IMG/VR virus record: IMGVR_UViG_3300021142_000004
Source: a virus
DNA length: 64,000 nucleotides
Reading direction: 5' to 3' (one strand)
Part shown: piece after piece, positions 39,393 to 48,192 of the stretch
How positions within the stretch are numbered: the stretch's first letter is position 1
Layout: each line of letters opens with the position of its first letter
Translations under genes and position numbers: made by a program
Notes under the pieces: model-generated
What the model was told of the DNA's origin: nothing
The model's database searches: none
What the model saw: the letters and a program-made list of their open reading frames with translations, nothing else

Positions 39393-40579
39393 TGGAAAAT
39401 CAAAAAATACCTTTATTTAAAGTTTATATGTCACCAACAGCGGGTGAGGAAGTTGTTAAAGTATTAAATAGTGGTTTTATAGGTCAAGGACCAAAAGTAG
39501 AAGAGTTTGAACATCTGCTTAAAAAATATTTTAATCATGATTATGTATTGTCTTTAAATTCAGGAACATCTGGACTTCATTTAGCACTACATTTATTAAA
39601 AAACCCATCAAATAATATAAAACAATATGAAGGTGTTATTTTTAATGAAAATTATTGGCCAGGTCTTCAGGATGGTGATGAGGTTTTAACTACCGCACTA
39701 ACATGTACCGCTTCAAATTGGCCTATTTTAGCAAATGGATTAAAAATTAAATGGGTAGATATTGATCCAACAACTTTAAATGTTGATCTTGATGATTTAG
39801 AAAGAAAAATCACATCAAAAACAAAAGTTATAATGTTAGTTCATTGGGGTGGTTATCCGAATGACTTAGATAAAATTAAAAATATACAGGATAGAGCATT
39901 TAAAACATTTGGTTTTAAACCGGCAATAATTGAAGATGGTGCACATTCTTTTGGTTCTAATTATAAAAATAAACCAATAGGTTCACATGGTAATATTACA
40001 ATGTATTCATTACAAGCTATTAAACATATGACTTCTATTGATGGTGGGTTATTACTATTACCTCATAATGAATTGTACAAAAGAGGTAAACTTTCAAGAT
40101 GGTATGGTATTGATAGGGATAGTGATAGAAAAGATTTTAGATGTGAATCAAATATAGATGAATGGGGGTTTAAATTCCATATGAATGATGTGTGTGCGAC
40201 AGTTGGTATTGAAAATTTAAAAGATATTAATAAAATAGTTTCTAAACATAAAAATAACGCCAATTATTATGATAATAATTTAAAAAATGTACAAGGTGTT
40301 AAATTATTGGATAGACACGAAGGACATGACTCTTCATTTTGGATTTATAGTATGTTAGTCGATAATAGAGATGGTTTTTATAAATGGATGGATGAATGTA
40401 AAATAGCAGTTTCTCAAGTACATGAAAGAAATGATAAACATACTTGTGTGAATGAATTTAAAACATTCTTACCAACATTAGACAAAACAATTGGTAAAAT
40501 AGTTTCAATTCCAGTTGGGTGGTGGGTTAGTGATGAACAAAGAGAATATATTGTTGATTGTATTAAAAAAGGATGGTAA
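39392..40579 (+). CDS. DegT/DnrJ/EryC1/StrS PLP aminotransferase
   Basis: NSGTSGLHLAL, VHWGG, EDGAH and SLQAIKH.TS.DGG motifs. Confidence 0.9.
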   Translation: MENQKIPLFKVYMSPTAGEEVVKVLNSGFIGQGPKVEEFEHLLKKYFNHDYVLSLNSGTSGLHLALHLLKNPSNNIKQYEGVIFNENYWPGLQDGDEVLTTALTCTASNWPILANGLKIKWVDIDPTTLNVDLDDLERKITSKTKVIMLVHWGGYPNDLDKIKNIQDRAFKTFGFKPAIIEDGAHSFGSNYKNKPIGSHGNITMYSLQAIKHMTSIDGGLLLLPHNELYKRGKLSRWYGIDRDSDRKDFRCESNIDEWGFKFHMNDVCATVGIENLKDINKIVSKHKNNANYYDNNLKNVQGVKLLDRHEGHDSSFWIYSMLVDNRDGFYKWMDECKIAVSQVHERNDKHTCVNEFKTFLPTLDKTIGKIVSIPVGWWVSDEQREYIVDCIKKGW

Positions 40580-41061
40580 TGTTAGAATTTAAAAAAATAT
40601 CTAGAGAAGATATTAAAAAACTTAACGAAATTAGGAATTTATGTGTTGATTATTTACACAATTCAACAAAATTCTCTTTAGAAGAGTCATATAAGTGGTT
40701 TGACAAAGAAACACCCAACTATTATTCTATTTTTTTAAATAATGAAATGATTGGTTACTTTAGAATTAGTAATTATTCTATTAGTAATAAGAATTTATAT
40801 TTAGGTGCGGATTTACATCCAAATTTTTGGAATAAAGGAATAGGGTTTAAATGTTATCAAAAAATGATACCATATTTATTTAATGAATACAATTTAAATA
40901 AAATAACTTTGGAAGTTCTTTCAACAAATGAAAGAGCAATAAAACTTTATCAAAAATTAGGGTTTAAGGTAGATGGTATTAAACGAGAAGAAGTAATGAA
41001 AAAAAACATATACATTGATTCTATAATAATGTCAATTTTAAAAAAAGAAATGAAATTATGA
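40573..41061 (+). CDS. GNAT N-acetyltransferase (sugar N-acetylation)
   Basis: KGIG and N.RA..LY.KLGF motifs. Follows the aminotransferase. Confidence 0.85.
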   Translation: MVMLEFKKISREDIKKLNEIRNLCVDYLHNSTKFSLEESYKWFDKETPNYYSIFLNNEMIGYFRISNYSISNKNLYLGADLHPNFWNKGIGFKCYQKMIPYLFNEYNLNKITLEVLSTNERAIKLYQKLGFKVDGIKREEVMKKNIYIDSIIMSILKKEMKL

Positions 41062-41849
41062 TTATAACAAAACCTTATGGTGGAATATCAAATAGATTAA
41101 AATGTTTATTATCTTCGTTAAGTATTGATGAAGATATAAAAATTGTTTGGGATCATTCTCTTTATGATGGTGGTGTTTGGTGTAAATTCTCAGATTTATT
41201 TGAAAATAATTACGAAGAATTTTTTACAATGGACGAATGTTCTTTAATTTATCCAAACTTATCATTTTATACGGAATGTAGGTTTTTTGGTGAAAATAAT
41301 TGTAATCATTTAGATTTGATTCATGGTAACAACTGGGGAGATAAAATTCCTGATAATATTAAAAATAATTATAAAAGTTTAATTAATGGATTAATACCCG
41401 TCAAATATGTTAGAGATAAAATTAATGAGTACTCAAAATTATTTGATGAACATACAATATCAGTTAGTGTTCGTACTTGGAATGATAGAGAAGTTACTAA
41501 ACAAAAAAAGGGTATATATTTTGAAATTGAATCTTTATTCAATTATTTAAACTCATATGAAAATAAAAAATTTTTTTTAACATGCGATGATCAAGAAACA
41601 TTTAATAAAATAATTGATAAGTATAGTGAAAAAATTATATATACCACAAAAAGAACAAAATTTGGTGATTTTTCAACTGCAGAAGGATTACAAGATGCTC
41701 TTATTGATTTATATTTAGGTGGAAAAAATAAAACTATCTTATCGTCATATGGAAGTAGTTTTTGTGAATTACAATGGTGGTTTGGTGGGTGTCAATCTGA
41801 CATTATAATGATGGATTTACATCCTAAATATGGTATAGGTATTCCATAA
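41058..41849 (+). CDS. fucosyltransferase-like (GT11/GT23/NodZ clan) protein
   Basis: GGISNRL, SVSVRT, F...D, DA.IDL.L and SSF motifs. Confidence 0.72.
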   Translation: MIITKPYGGISNRLKCLLSSLSIDEDIKIVWDHSLYDGGVWCKFSDLFENNYEEFFTMDECSLIYPNLSFYTECRFFGENNCNHLDLIHGNNWGDKIPDNIKNNYKSLINGLIPVKYVRDKINEYSKLFDEHTISVSVRTWNDREVTKQKKGIYFEIESLFNYLNSYENKKFFLTCDDQETFNKIIDKYSEKIIYTTKRTKFGDFSTAEGLQDALIDLYLGGKNKTILSSYGSSFCELQWWFGGCQSDIIMMDLHPKYGIGIP

Positions 41850-41852
41850 AAT

Positions 41853-41882
41853 AAAAAAGGGACTTTAATTAGTCCCTTTTTC
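41853..41882. terminator. bidirectional terminator
   Basis: A6-GGGACT...AGTCCC-T6. Confidence 0.8.
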
Positions 41883-42356
41883 TATTAGTTTAAATATTAC
41901 CTTATAATTATCAGTTGTCACAATATTATCGAATTCCTCCAATTTAAACGGTCTATATTCAAGTTCTTTTTCCTGTCCAAATAACTCATTTAACTCATTT
42001 TGATAACCAATAAACGAAGGATTAACCACTTTTAATGGTACTTGAACACCATCCTGTTCGATCATCTCTATTTCATTCTTTTCATTTAGTTTATCAACAG
42101 TAAATGGTATTGAATAATTACCATTTTCATCTACAGTTGCATATTTTATTACCAAACCATCTTTTAATTTATCAATAGAAGTCTTTTCAACTGTTACTTT
42201 ATTCAATAAATCATCTAACCAATATTTTGTGGTTAACTTTATTTTTTCATTCAATAAACCAGTTATTAAAACTTCATTAGTTTCCTGATTTTTAGAACCA
42301 TTAATCTCCGCTTCCAATGAATAATATTCACCTAATTTTAATACTATTTTCTCCAT
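41865..42356 (-). CDS. hypothetical protein (fibre-associated)
   Basis: 163 aa ORF downstream of a fibre gene. Confidence 0.55.
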   Translation of the reverse strand: MEKIVLKLGEYYSLEAEINGSKNQETNEVLITGLLNEKIKLTTKYWLDDLLNKVTVEKTSIDKLKDGLVIKYATVDENGNYSIPFTVDKLNEKNEIEMIEQDGVQVPLKVVNPSFIGYQNELNELFGQEKELEYRPFKLEEFDNIVTTDNYKVIFKLIEKGTN

Positions 42357-42409
42357 ATTTCTTATTTTTATTAAATATAATTAATTATATGTTATTTGTA
42401 AAGTTATAT

Positions 42410-43828
42410 TTATGGTGTTTTATTTTCTAATGATTTTAATCTTGTTTCTAAATTGTTATTTTTTTCAGTTAATTCTTTAATTGAAGCAATTAATAATGGT
42501 ATTACTTCCGTATATGAAAGTCTTAATGTTTCTTTTTCATCATCATCTTTCCAAACTGCTTCCGGTAACACTTTTTCAACATCTTGTGCAATTAAAAATG
42601 CTCTAGATGTACCCTCAATATCTTCTTTATAACGACCTGTAACAGTTCTTAACGTATTTACTTTATCCAATGCATCGGTTATTGGTGATAAATTAATTTT
42701 ATCTCTTTCATCTGATAATGTATTCCAACTTGTACCATTTGAAGGTAATTGTACTCCAGCGGATACAGCGATTACATTTACTTTACCACTTGTAAAAGAA
42801 TTATATAGGACGATATTACCGGCAGTACTACTATTATATAAACCAGCATCATGTGTTGTAAAATAAGTATACTGTGAAGTCGCTGTTGAACCCATTTTTA
42901 ATAAATTACAATGTCCTCCAGAATCATTAACAACTTGAAACCTACAATCAGACGTACTATCATTATTCCTTAACCTTACTTTATAGTTATCCTTTCCCGA
43001 AATAGAGTCTTCAATATCTATACCATTACCTATTGTTCCATTAGCACCTAATGCCATACTACCAGTCACTCTTACGTTAACACTTGTAATAGATGTTGTC
43101 GCAGAAAATGCATTTGCACTAATTGTACCACCTGATATTGTTGTTGCAGTCAAACCAGTAACAATTCCACCTGTAAATGGTGTTGTAAATCCACTTACAT
43201 TAAATGTTCCACCTGTATTATTTGTAAATGTTGCAGTTCCATTAGAATATGTACCACCAGTTATGTATGTATCAGTATATCCTGTTATATAACCATTTGG
43301 ATTTGTTGAATTGTATGGTGTATAACCTAATGCAGCATTTATTTGTTGTTGTGTTAAACCTGTGATACCCGAACCATTACCATAGAAAGTTCCACCACTA
43401 ATAGTTGTGGCAGAAATTGAAGTACCATATAATGTTCCCGTTAATGTACCACCAGATAAGAAAAGATATTGACCATTATCAGTATATCCACTATATAATC
43501 CAGTAACGGTAAATGTATTTCCACTATTGTTAGTAAATGTTATAACACCATCAGAATAAGTACCTCCAGTAACATATGTATCAAAACCACTACTTGTACC
43601 TGATACCGGTTTCCAACTTGCATTACCATTAGCATCGGAAGTTAATACAAACCCATTATATTCACTACCATCAGAATATGTGAAAACGTTATTTATAGTC
43701 AATCCTGACTGAAATATTGGGTTAATAGGTACTTCTCCTCCAAGTCGATAAACAACTCCCGTAGATAGGTCTGATTGAAGTACATAATCAAAACTATCTT
43801 TTATAAATTCATTTGAAATATCTGCCAT
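42410..43828 (-). CDS. tail fibre with C-terminal peptidase S74 intramolecular chaperone
   Basis: Gly/Thr repeats, then SDER.K, IAQDVE.V.PE.V and Y....L..S.KEL coiled coil. Confidence 0.85.
   Translation of the reverse strand: MADISNEFIKDSFDYVLQSDLSTGVVYRLGGEVPINPIFQSGLTINNVFTYSDGSEYNGFVLTSDANGNASWKPVSGTSSGFDTYVTGGTYSDGVITFTNNSGNTFTVTGLYSGYTDNGQYLFLSGGTLTGTLYGTSISATTISGGTFYGNGSGITGLTQQQINAALGYTPYNSTNPNGYITGYTDTYITGGTYSNGTATFTNNTGGTFNVSGFTTPFTGGIVTGLTATTISGGTISANAFSATTSITSVNVRVTGSMALGANGTIGNGIDIEDSISGKDNYKVRLRNNDSTSDCRFQVVNDSGGHCNLLKMGSTATSQYTYFTTHDAGLYNSSTAGNIVLYNSFTSGKVNVIAVSAGVQLPSNGTSWNTLSDERDKINLSPITDALDKVNTLRTVTGRYKEDIEGTSRAFLIAQDVEKVLPEAVWKDDDEKETLRLSYTEVIPLLIASIKELTEKNNNLETRLKSLENKTP
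43124..43582. repeat. ~460-bp direct repeat shared with 54143-54601
   Basis: Near-identical DNA and protein (DNGQYLFLSGG...TATTISGGT) in two fibre genes. Confidence 0.85.
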
Positions 43829-43854
43829 CTATTTAAATTTAAGTAAAAATTTAC

Positions 43855-43866
43855 TATTTATAAATA
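43855..43866. promoter_or_regulatory. palindromic putative late promoter TATTTATAAATA
   Basis: TATTTAT on both strands between divergent genes. The same motif is upstream of many structural-type genes. Confidence 0.6.
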
Positions 43867-43870
43867 CTAT

Positions 43871-44224
43871 ATGATATCCTTTTGTTATACATGGAGTGAT
43901 GCTGATGTTGTTTGGAATCAAGTTGAGATAACTTGGAGGGAAGCTTGTGTCCTTCAACAAGTTATTGGTGGTGGGGGAACATTTTCAAGAGCACCACATT
44001 CCCCACTCACATTAAGAAACAGAATTAAAAAACTTGATAAGAAAGATCAAGAAGTATTAATTAATTTAATTACAAGAGTTGTCGAAAATGATAAGACAAT
44101 TGAGAGTAAAATAAATAAAAAGAAAAATACTAAAGTAAAAATAAATATAAAAAAAGTAGAATTGGTGTTAAGAGAAGCGAAAAAGATCAATTTGAAGATA
44201 TTTATTAATGAAAACAAATCATAA
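43871..44224 (+). CDS. hypothetical protein
   Basis: W-x6-W-x6-W repeat at the N-terminus. Confidence 0.6.
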   Translation: MISFCYTWSDADVVWNQVEITWREACVLQQVIGGGGTFSRAPHSPLTLRNRIKKLDKKDQEVLINLITRVVENDKTIESKINKKKNTKVKINIKKVELVLREAKKINLKIFINENKS

Positions 44225-44688
44225 TGAGTTATAAATTATATACAGACAAAATAAATAAGTTTAGTTGTTCAATCCAAGTGGAAGGAACTTCATTATCAAA
44301 ATCTAAAGTAAGATTGGTAGTTGAATCTGAAGATATGACATATATGTTCAATGGTCAACTGTTTGATACCGGTGTTTGTGAAGTAAAAATACCAAAAACT
44401 AAATCGTTTTTATCAGAAGGTAAAAAAGGTAACATGTATTTGGAAGTAATCGCAGATGATGTATATTTTGAACCTTGGAATTCTGATTTTGTTGTTGAGC
44501 AAGATAAAAAAGTTAGTGTTGTTGTTAATGAACAAATTGAATCAAAACCAAAATTAAGTGTTATTGTTAATGAACAAGAACCAACAAAAAAAATAATCGA
44601 AGAAAAAAAGATTATTAATAAAAAACCTGTTACCGAAACAATGTCAAAATCGGAATTTATAAAACATCTATTATCTAATAAGAAATAA
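44224..44688 (+). CDS. conserved huge-phage hypothetical protein
   Basis: LYTDK...F.C.I.VEG and LEVIADD.YF.PW motifs. Confidence 0.65.
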   Translation: MSYKLYTDKINKFSCSIQVEGTSLSKSKVRLVVESEDMTYMFNGQLFDTGVCEVKIPKTKSFLSEGKKGNMYLEVIADDVYFEPWNSDFVVEQDKKVSVVVNEQIESKPKLSVIVNEQEPTKKIIEEKKIINKKPVTETMSKSEFIKHLLSNKK

Positions 44689-44718
44689 AAAAATCCCCTT
44701 TAAAGGGGATTTTTTTTT
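44687..44718. terminator. bidirectional terminator
   Basis: A-run-TCCCCTTT/AAAGGGGA-T-run. Confidence 0.8.
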
Positions 44719-45152
44719 ATATATTCTTTTATACTATTTAAACAATTATCTTTTGTCATTTCTGATGTCGGTAAATGAAGATAAGATTCATTTTCAGGTT
44801 CTTCAAAATCTTCAACATGAAATTTTTCTCTACCCCTTATTTCATGATAAGTTAAAAATATCCATTTAACATCATCACATAATGAATTAAGATAGTCTCT
44901 AGTTTCTTTATATGGATAAACTAATGATAATACAGGATCATGTCCAATACTATTTAAAAACACTGCAATATCAGATGCTCTATTTAAATTTTTAATCCTA
45001 CCCTCTCTACTAAAATCTTTATTATTAAATAAAGATCTTAACTTATCACCATCAATATTAACAGGGAATCTTAAAGGATCAATACCTTCACACAATTCCT
45101 TTGCTAATGTTGTTTTACCACTATGTGGTTGTCCATATATAACTACTATCAT
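44700..45152 (-). CDS. cysC: adenylyl-sulfate (APS) kinase-like protein
   Basis: GQPHSGKTT, IDGD.LR, FSREGR.KN and FEEP motifs. Confidence 0.8.
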   Translation of the reverse strand: MIVVIYGQPHSGKTTLAKELCEGIDPLRFPVNIDGDKLRSLFNNKDFSREGRIKNLNRASDIAVFLNSIGHDPVLSLVYPYKETRDYLNSLCDDVKWIFLTYHEIRGREKFHVEDFEEPENESYLHLPTSEMTKDNCLNSIKEYIKKNPL

Positions 45153-45974
45153 TTACTTTCCGTATCTAAATTTATCGTTATACCATTTATAATTATTCAT
45201 TATCCAATCACAAACATCCTTACCTAGTATTTCTTTTGATTTAGATGGTACTGGTTCCAATTTAGTTCTAATAACATGGTCACCATACACACCATATACT
45301 TCATCATCCTCTTTAGTTATTTGTACAATATTATCAAAATCATGATCGAAATATGGTATATCTAAATAATGATATATTTTACCCATTGTTTGCTCAGGAT
45401 AAAGACACAAGTCTTCAAATCTTACAAAATGAATTTTACTATCAATACCCATTCTAATCATTTCACCTAAACGTTCAAATGCCATACCAACTGGTGGGTT
45501 TTGAACCCACATATCAATACGTTTAGGTGTTGTTGTTCCTTGCATTTTACCCCAATCAACCATTGGACTAGCCTTATCACTTGATTTCCTAAAATTCTTC
45601 TCCATAGAAGAAAAAATATCTCTTGGATCTCTAACCATACAAATAATTTTAGGATTTGGATGTACCTGATTTAAAAAATCATAATGTATTCCCCATCCAC
45701 GACTTTTATCAATTACATATTTTTTATCTGTAATTCCATTATAAAATCCAAGCATTCCTTCTTTGCAAAAATTTAAGAATCCTGATTTCATCAATTCAGG
45801 GTCTTGTGCTTTAAACTCAGGTGATGAGGTGTAATTACCTCTAGCAGCAAAAATTAATTCAAGAACACCAGATGTTGGTGTTGCATATATATCCGGATTT
45901 TGTGCTAAAATGTTTTGTAATAGAGTTGAACCCGCACGAGGCATTGAACTCTGATAAAATATTTGTTCTATCAT
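45153..45974 (-). CDS. PAPS-dependent sulfotransferase
   Basis: PRAGSTLL (5'-PSB), VRDPRD..SS (3'-PB) and RFEDL motifs. Confidence 0.88.
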   Translation of the reverse strand: MIEQIFYQSSMPRAGSTLLQNILAQNPDIYATPTSGVLELIFAARGNYTSSPEFKAQDPELMKSGFLNFCKEGMLGFYNGITDKKYVIDKSRGWGIHYDFLNQVHPNPKIICMVRDPRDIFSSMEKNFRKSSDKASPMVDWGKMQGTTTPKRIDMWVQNPPVGMAFERLGEMIRMGIDSKIHFVRFEDLCLYPEQTMGKIYHYLDIPYFDHDFDNIVQITKEDDEVYGVYGDHVIRTKLEPVPSKSKEILGKDVCDWIMNNYKWYNDKFRYGK

Positions 45975-45975
45975 A

Positions 45976-46884
45976 TTAAAGTAAATTTGGGTCTATATAA
46001 TCTTCATTTCTTCCAATGAAATAATCATACATTATTTTATTATATTTTTGTGGGTTTACAAATTCTAAAACCCCATCATTATTTTTTTTTATTTCACTAT
46101 CTAATTGTAATCCTTGTAAAAGTACGTGTCTATCCAAATATTTCCTATCTAACGCATTACCATGATATAAATGATAAACAATACCACCTAAATAAGAATA
46201 AGTTAAATTTAAAGATTTTAGTTTTTCAATATATTCATCTTTCTTTGTTGAATTAAATGAATTAATCATTATTGGTCGTCTGATATAATTAACTAAGTTC
46301 ATTTTATCTCCACCACCAAATATCGCATATTCATACATACCAATGGTTTCAAAAAAACTACGTTTAAATGCAATTGCATAACCTGAACAAAAAGGTCCTT
46401 CATCTGTATCATATCTAACATCTAAAAGTGTCTTAGCATGAAATAAGATTTTATCAAAATATGGATCTAAATTACATCCATCATGATAAGGGACAACAAC
46501 ATCATAATTTTCAAGTTCAGTATGGACATCATTTATCCAATCTTCATTTTCAAAAATAACATCACCATCTAAACAAACAATTTTTGTAATATGTTGAGGT
46601 AATTTACTTACTAAGATATTAAATAAATTTTCCTTATGAAACATATAAGAATTTGATTTGACATGAAATACAAATTCACTTTCAATAAATGTTGGTTTTT
46701 GATTTGGATAGATTAATTCAATCATATAATGTGGAATTTCACTCTTTTTCAATAAATTACTAACATAAAGGTTATTCATTATTGTTTTAGTGAAATTACC
46801 AGCATTAAAAAACACAGAACAAACCGCAATGTTATCATTTTTGGGTTTGTTATATGATTTGATATTTTTAAACGGACTTTGCAA
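45976..46884 (-). CDS. putative GT-A glycosyltransferase
   Basis: FHKENL.N, LDGDV.F, GGGD and HLYHG motifs. Confidence 0.6.
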   Translation of the reverse strand: MQSPFKNIKSYNKPKNDNIAVCSVFFNAGNFTKTIMNNLYVSNLLKKSEIPHYMIELIYPNQKPTFIESEFVFHVKSNSYMFHKENLFNILVSKLPQHITKIVCLDGDVIFENEDWINDVHTELENYDVVVPYHDGCNLDPYFDKILFHAKTLLDVRYDTDEGPFCSGYAIAFKRSFFETIGMYEYAIFGGGDKMNLVNYIRRPIMINSFNSTKKDEYIEKLKSLNLTYSYLGGIVYHLYHGNALDRKYLDRHVLLQGLQLDSEIKKNNDGVLEFVNPQKYNKIMYDYFIGRNEDYIDPNLL

Positions 46885-47760
46885 TTACTTTTGTTTTTTA
46901 ATTGAGTTAATTATTTCGTCTACGTTAAAAATTTCTTTTTCACTATTATATGGAAATTCTAATAAATCTCCACCAATGTTAAATTTTTGTAAATATGAAC
47001 TTTTAAGTTCGGGTTTGATTGTGAATGGATTTGATTTTATATTATCATGTAAATCATATCCAAATACCTCTGGTTTATTGGTGATCCAACAAACTGTTGA
47101 ACTCATACCTAATGCTGCTGCGGTATGTTGTGCAAAACTATCTAAGAATAGTCTTTTTCTACTAAGACTTATCAATACTGCTAGTGACCTAAAACTATCT
47201 GTTACTGGTATTGTATTCTCTAAAAGGAATTGATCATCCCTTCTTATGTGTAAAATTGTGTAAGAATCTTTAAATTCTTCTATTACTGAAGATGCAACTA
47301 CAACAGGAATATCCCTTGCCCAAGAATACTTCATATCGGTACTTGCTCCACCATTTGTTTGAAGTAAAAGAATCGGTTTTTCAAAAACATATTTATTACC
47401 GAAAAATTTCTTTTCTCTATCACTAAGATAAATTTTAGGTTGTTCACCATTATAAGTAATACCAAACATATTACACCATGTAATAATAAGGTGTTCATTT
47501 TGTAACAAATGAGTTGTTTCTAAGTACGGGTCGTGAGCTAAAACTTTAAATTTTTTATTTTCTATGTAATCTTCATAGAAATAAGAAAACCCATTAAATG
47601 CGTATGTTCTATCAATATTTGGGTTATTTAAAAACACGTCTGGGTAGCCAGATACTACAATTAAAGTATCATCTGGGTATTGTTTTTTTATAGCTTCACA
47701 TACTGCGGTGGCCATGATACACTTACCCATACCACCATTAATTTGAAAAATTATATTCAT
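46885..47760 (-). CDS. GT9-like (GT-B) glycosyltransferase
   Basis: GGMGK.I.ATA, VF.NNP and DSF.QH.AAA motifs. Confidence 0.7.
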   Translation of the reverse strand: MNIIFQINGGMGKCIMATAVCEAIKKQYPDDTLIVVSGYPDVFLNNPNIDRTYAFNGFSYFYEDYIENKKFKVLAHDPYLETTHLLQNEHLIITWCNMFGITYNGEQPKIYLSDREKKFFGNKYVFEKPILLLQTNGGASTDMKYSWARDIPVVVASSVIEEFKDSYTILHIRRDDQFLLENTIPVTDSFRSLAVLISLSRKRLFLDSFAQHTAAALGMSSTVCWITNKPEVFGYDLHDNIKSNPFTIKPELKSSYLQKFNIGGDLLEFPYNSEKEIFNVDEIINSIKKQK

Positions 47761-47799
47761 AGGGTAAATTTATGAATATAAATCCTATTTGTCAATACT

Positions 47800-48138
47800 T
47801 TAGAACATATTTCTAGTGGCACCACTTAAAATTTCTGTAACTGATGTTCCTAAACTTGTTGCAATAATATTAAGTACTACTGAATCATCAGAACCCCAAG
47901 TAGATAATTGTTCAGAAGTTAATATTGATTCACTTGATAATATATTATTAAATTTAATTACAATGTTATTTTCATCTAAAGTTACGTTACCATATTTAAC
48001 TTCAAATCTAGTTTTATCTGAACCTAAAATATATGGACGAGCAATTGCAGTTATTGTATCTGCTGTTATTGTCGTACTTGAAAATGGTGTAATTTGTTCT
48101 ACCTTTGTAGCAACTGGATTAATTTTAGCGTAAATCAT
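47800..48138 (-). CDS. hypothetical fibre-associated protein
   Basis: WG.DDS motif. Directly downstream of a fibre gene. Confidence 0.55.
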   Translation of the reverse strand: MIYAKINPVATKVEQITPFSSTTITADTITAIARPYILGSDKTRFEVKYGNVTLDENNIVIKFNNILSSESILTSEQLSTWGSDDSVVLNIIATSLGTSVTEILSGATRNMF

Positions 48139-48192
48139 TTTTTTTATTTTTTTTTATTTTTATTATTATAAATATGTTATTAAACACATTTA

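Noticed and set aside
30284-41849. Bacterial O-antigen or capsule locus (cellular contig)
   Set aside because: There is no wzx, wzy, wzz or initiating transferase. It is flanked by phage-type genes and shares their promoter and terminator style.
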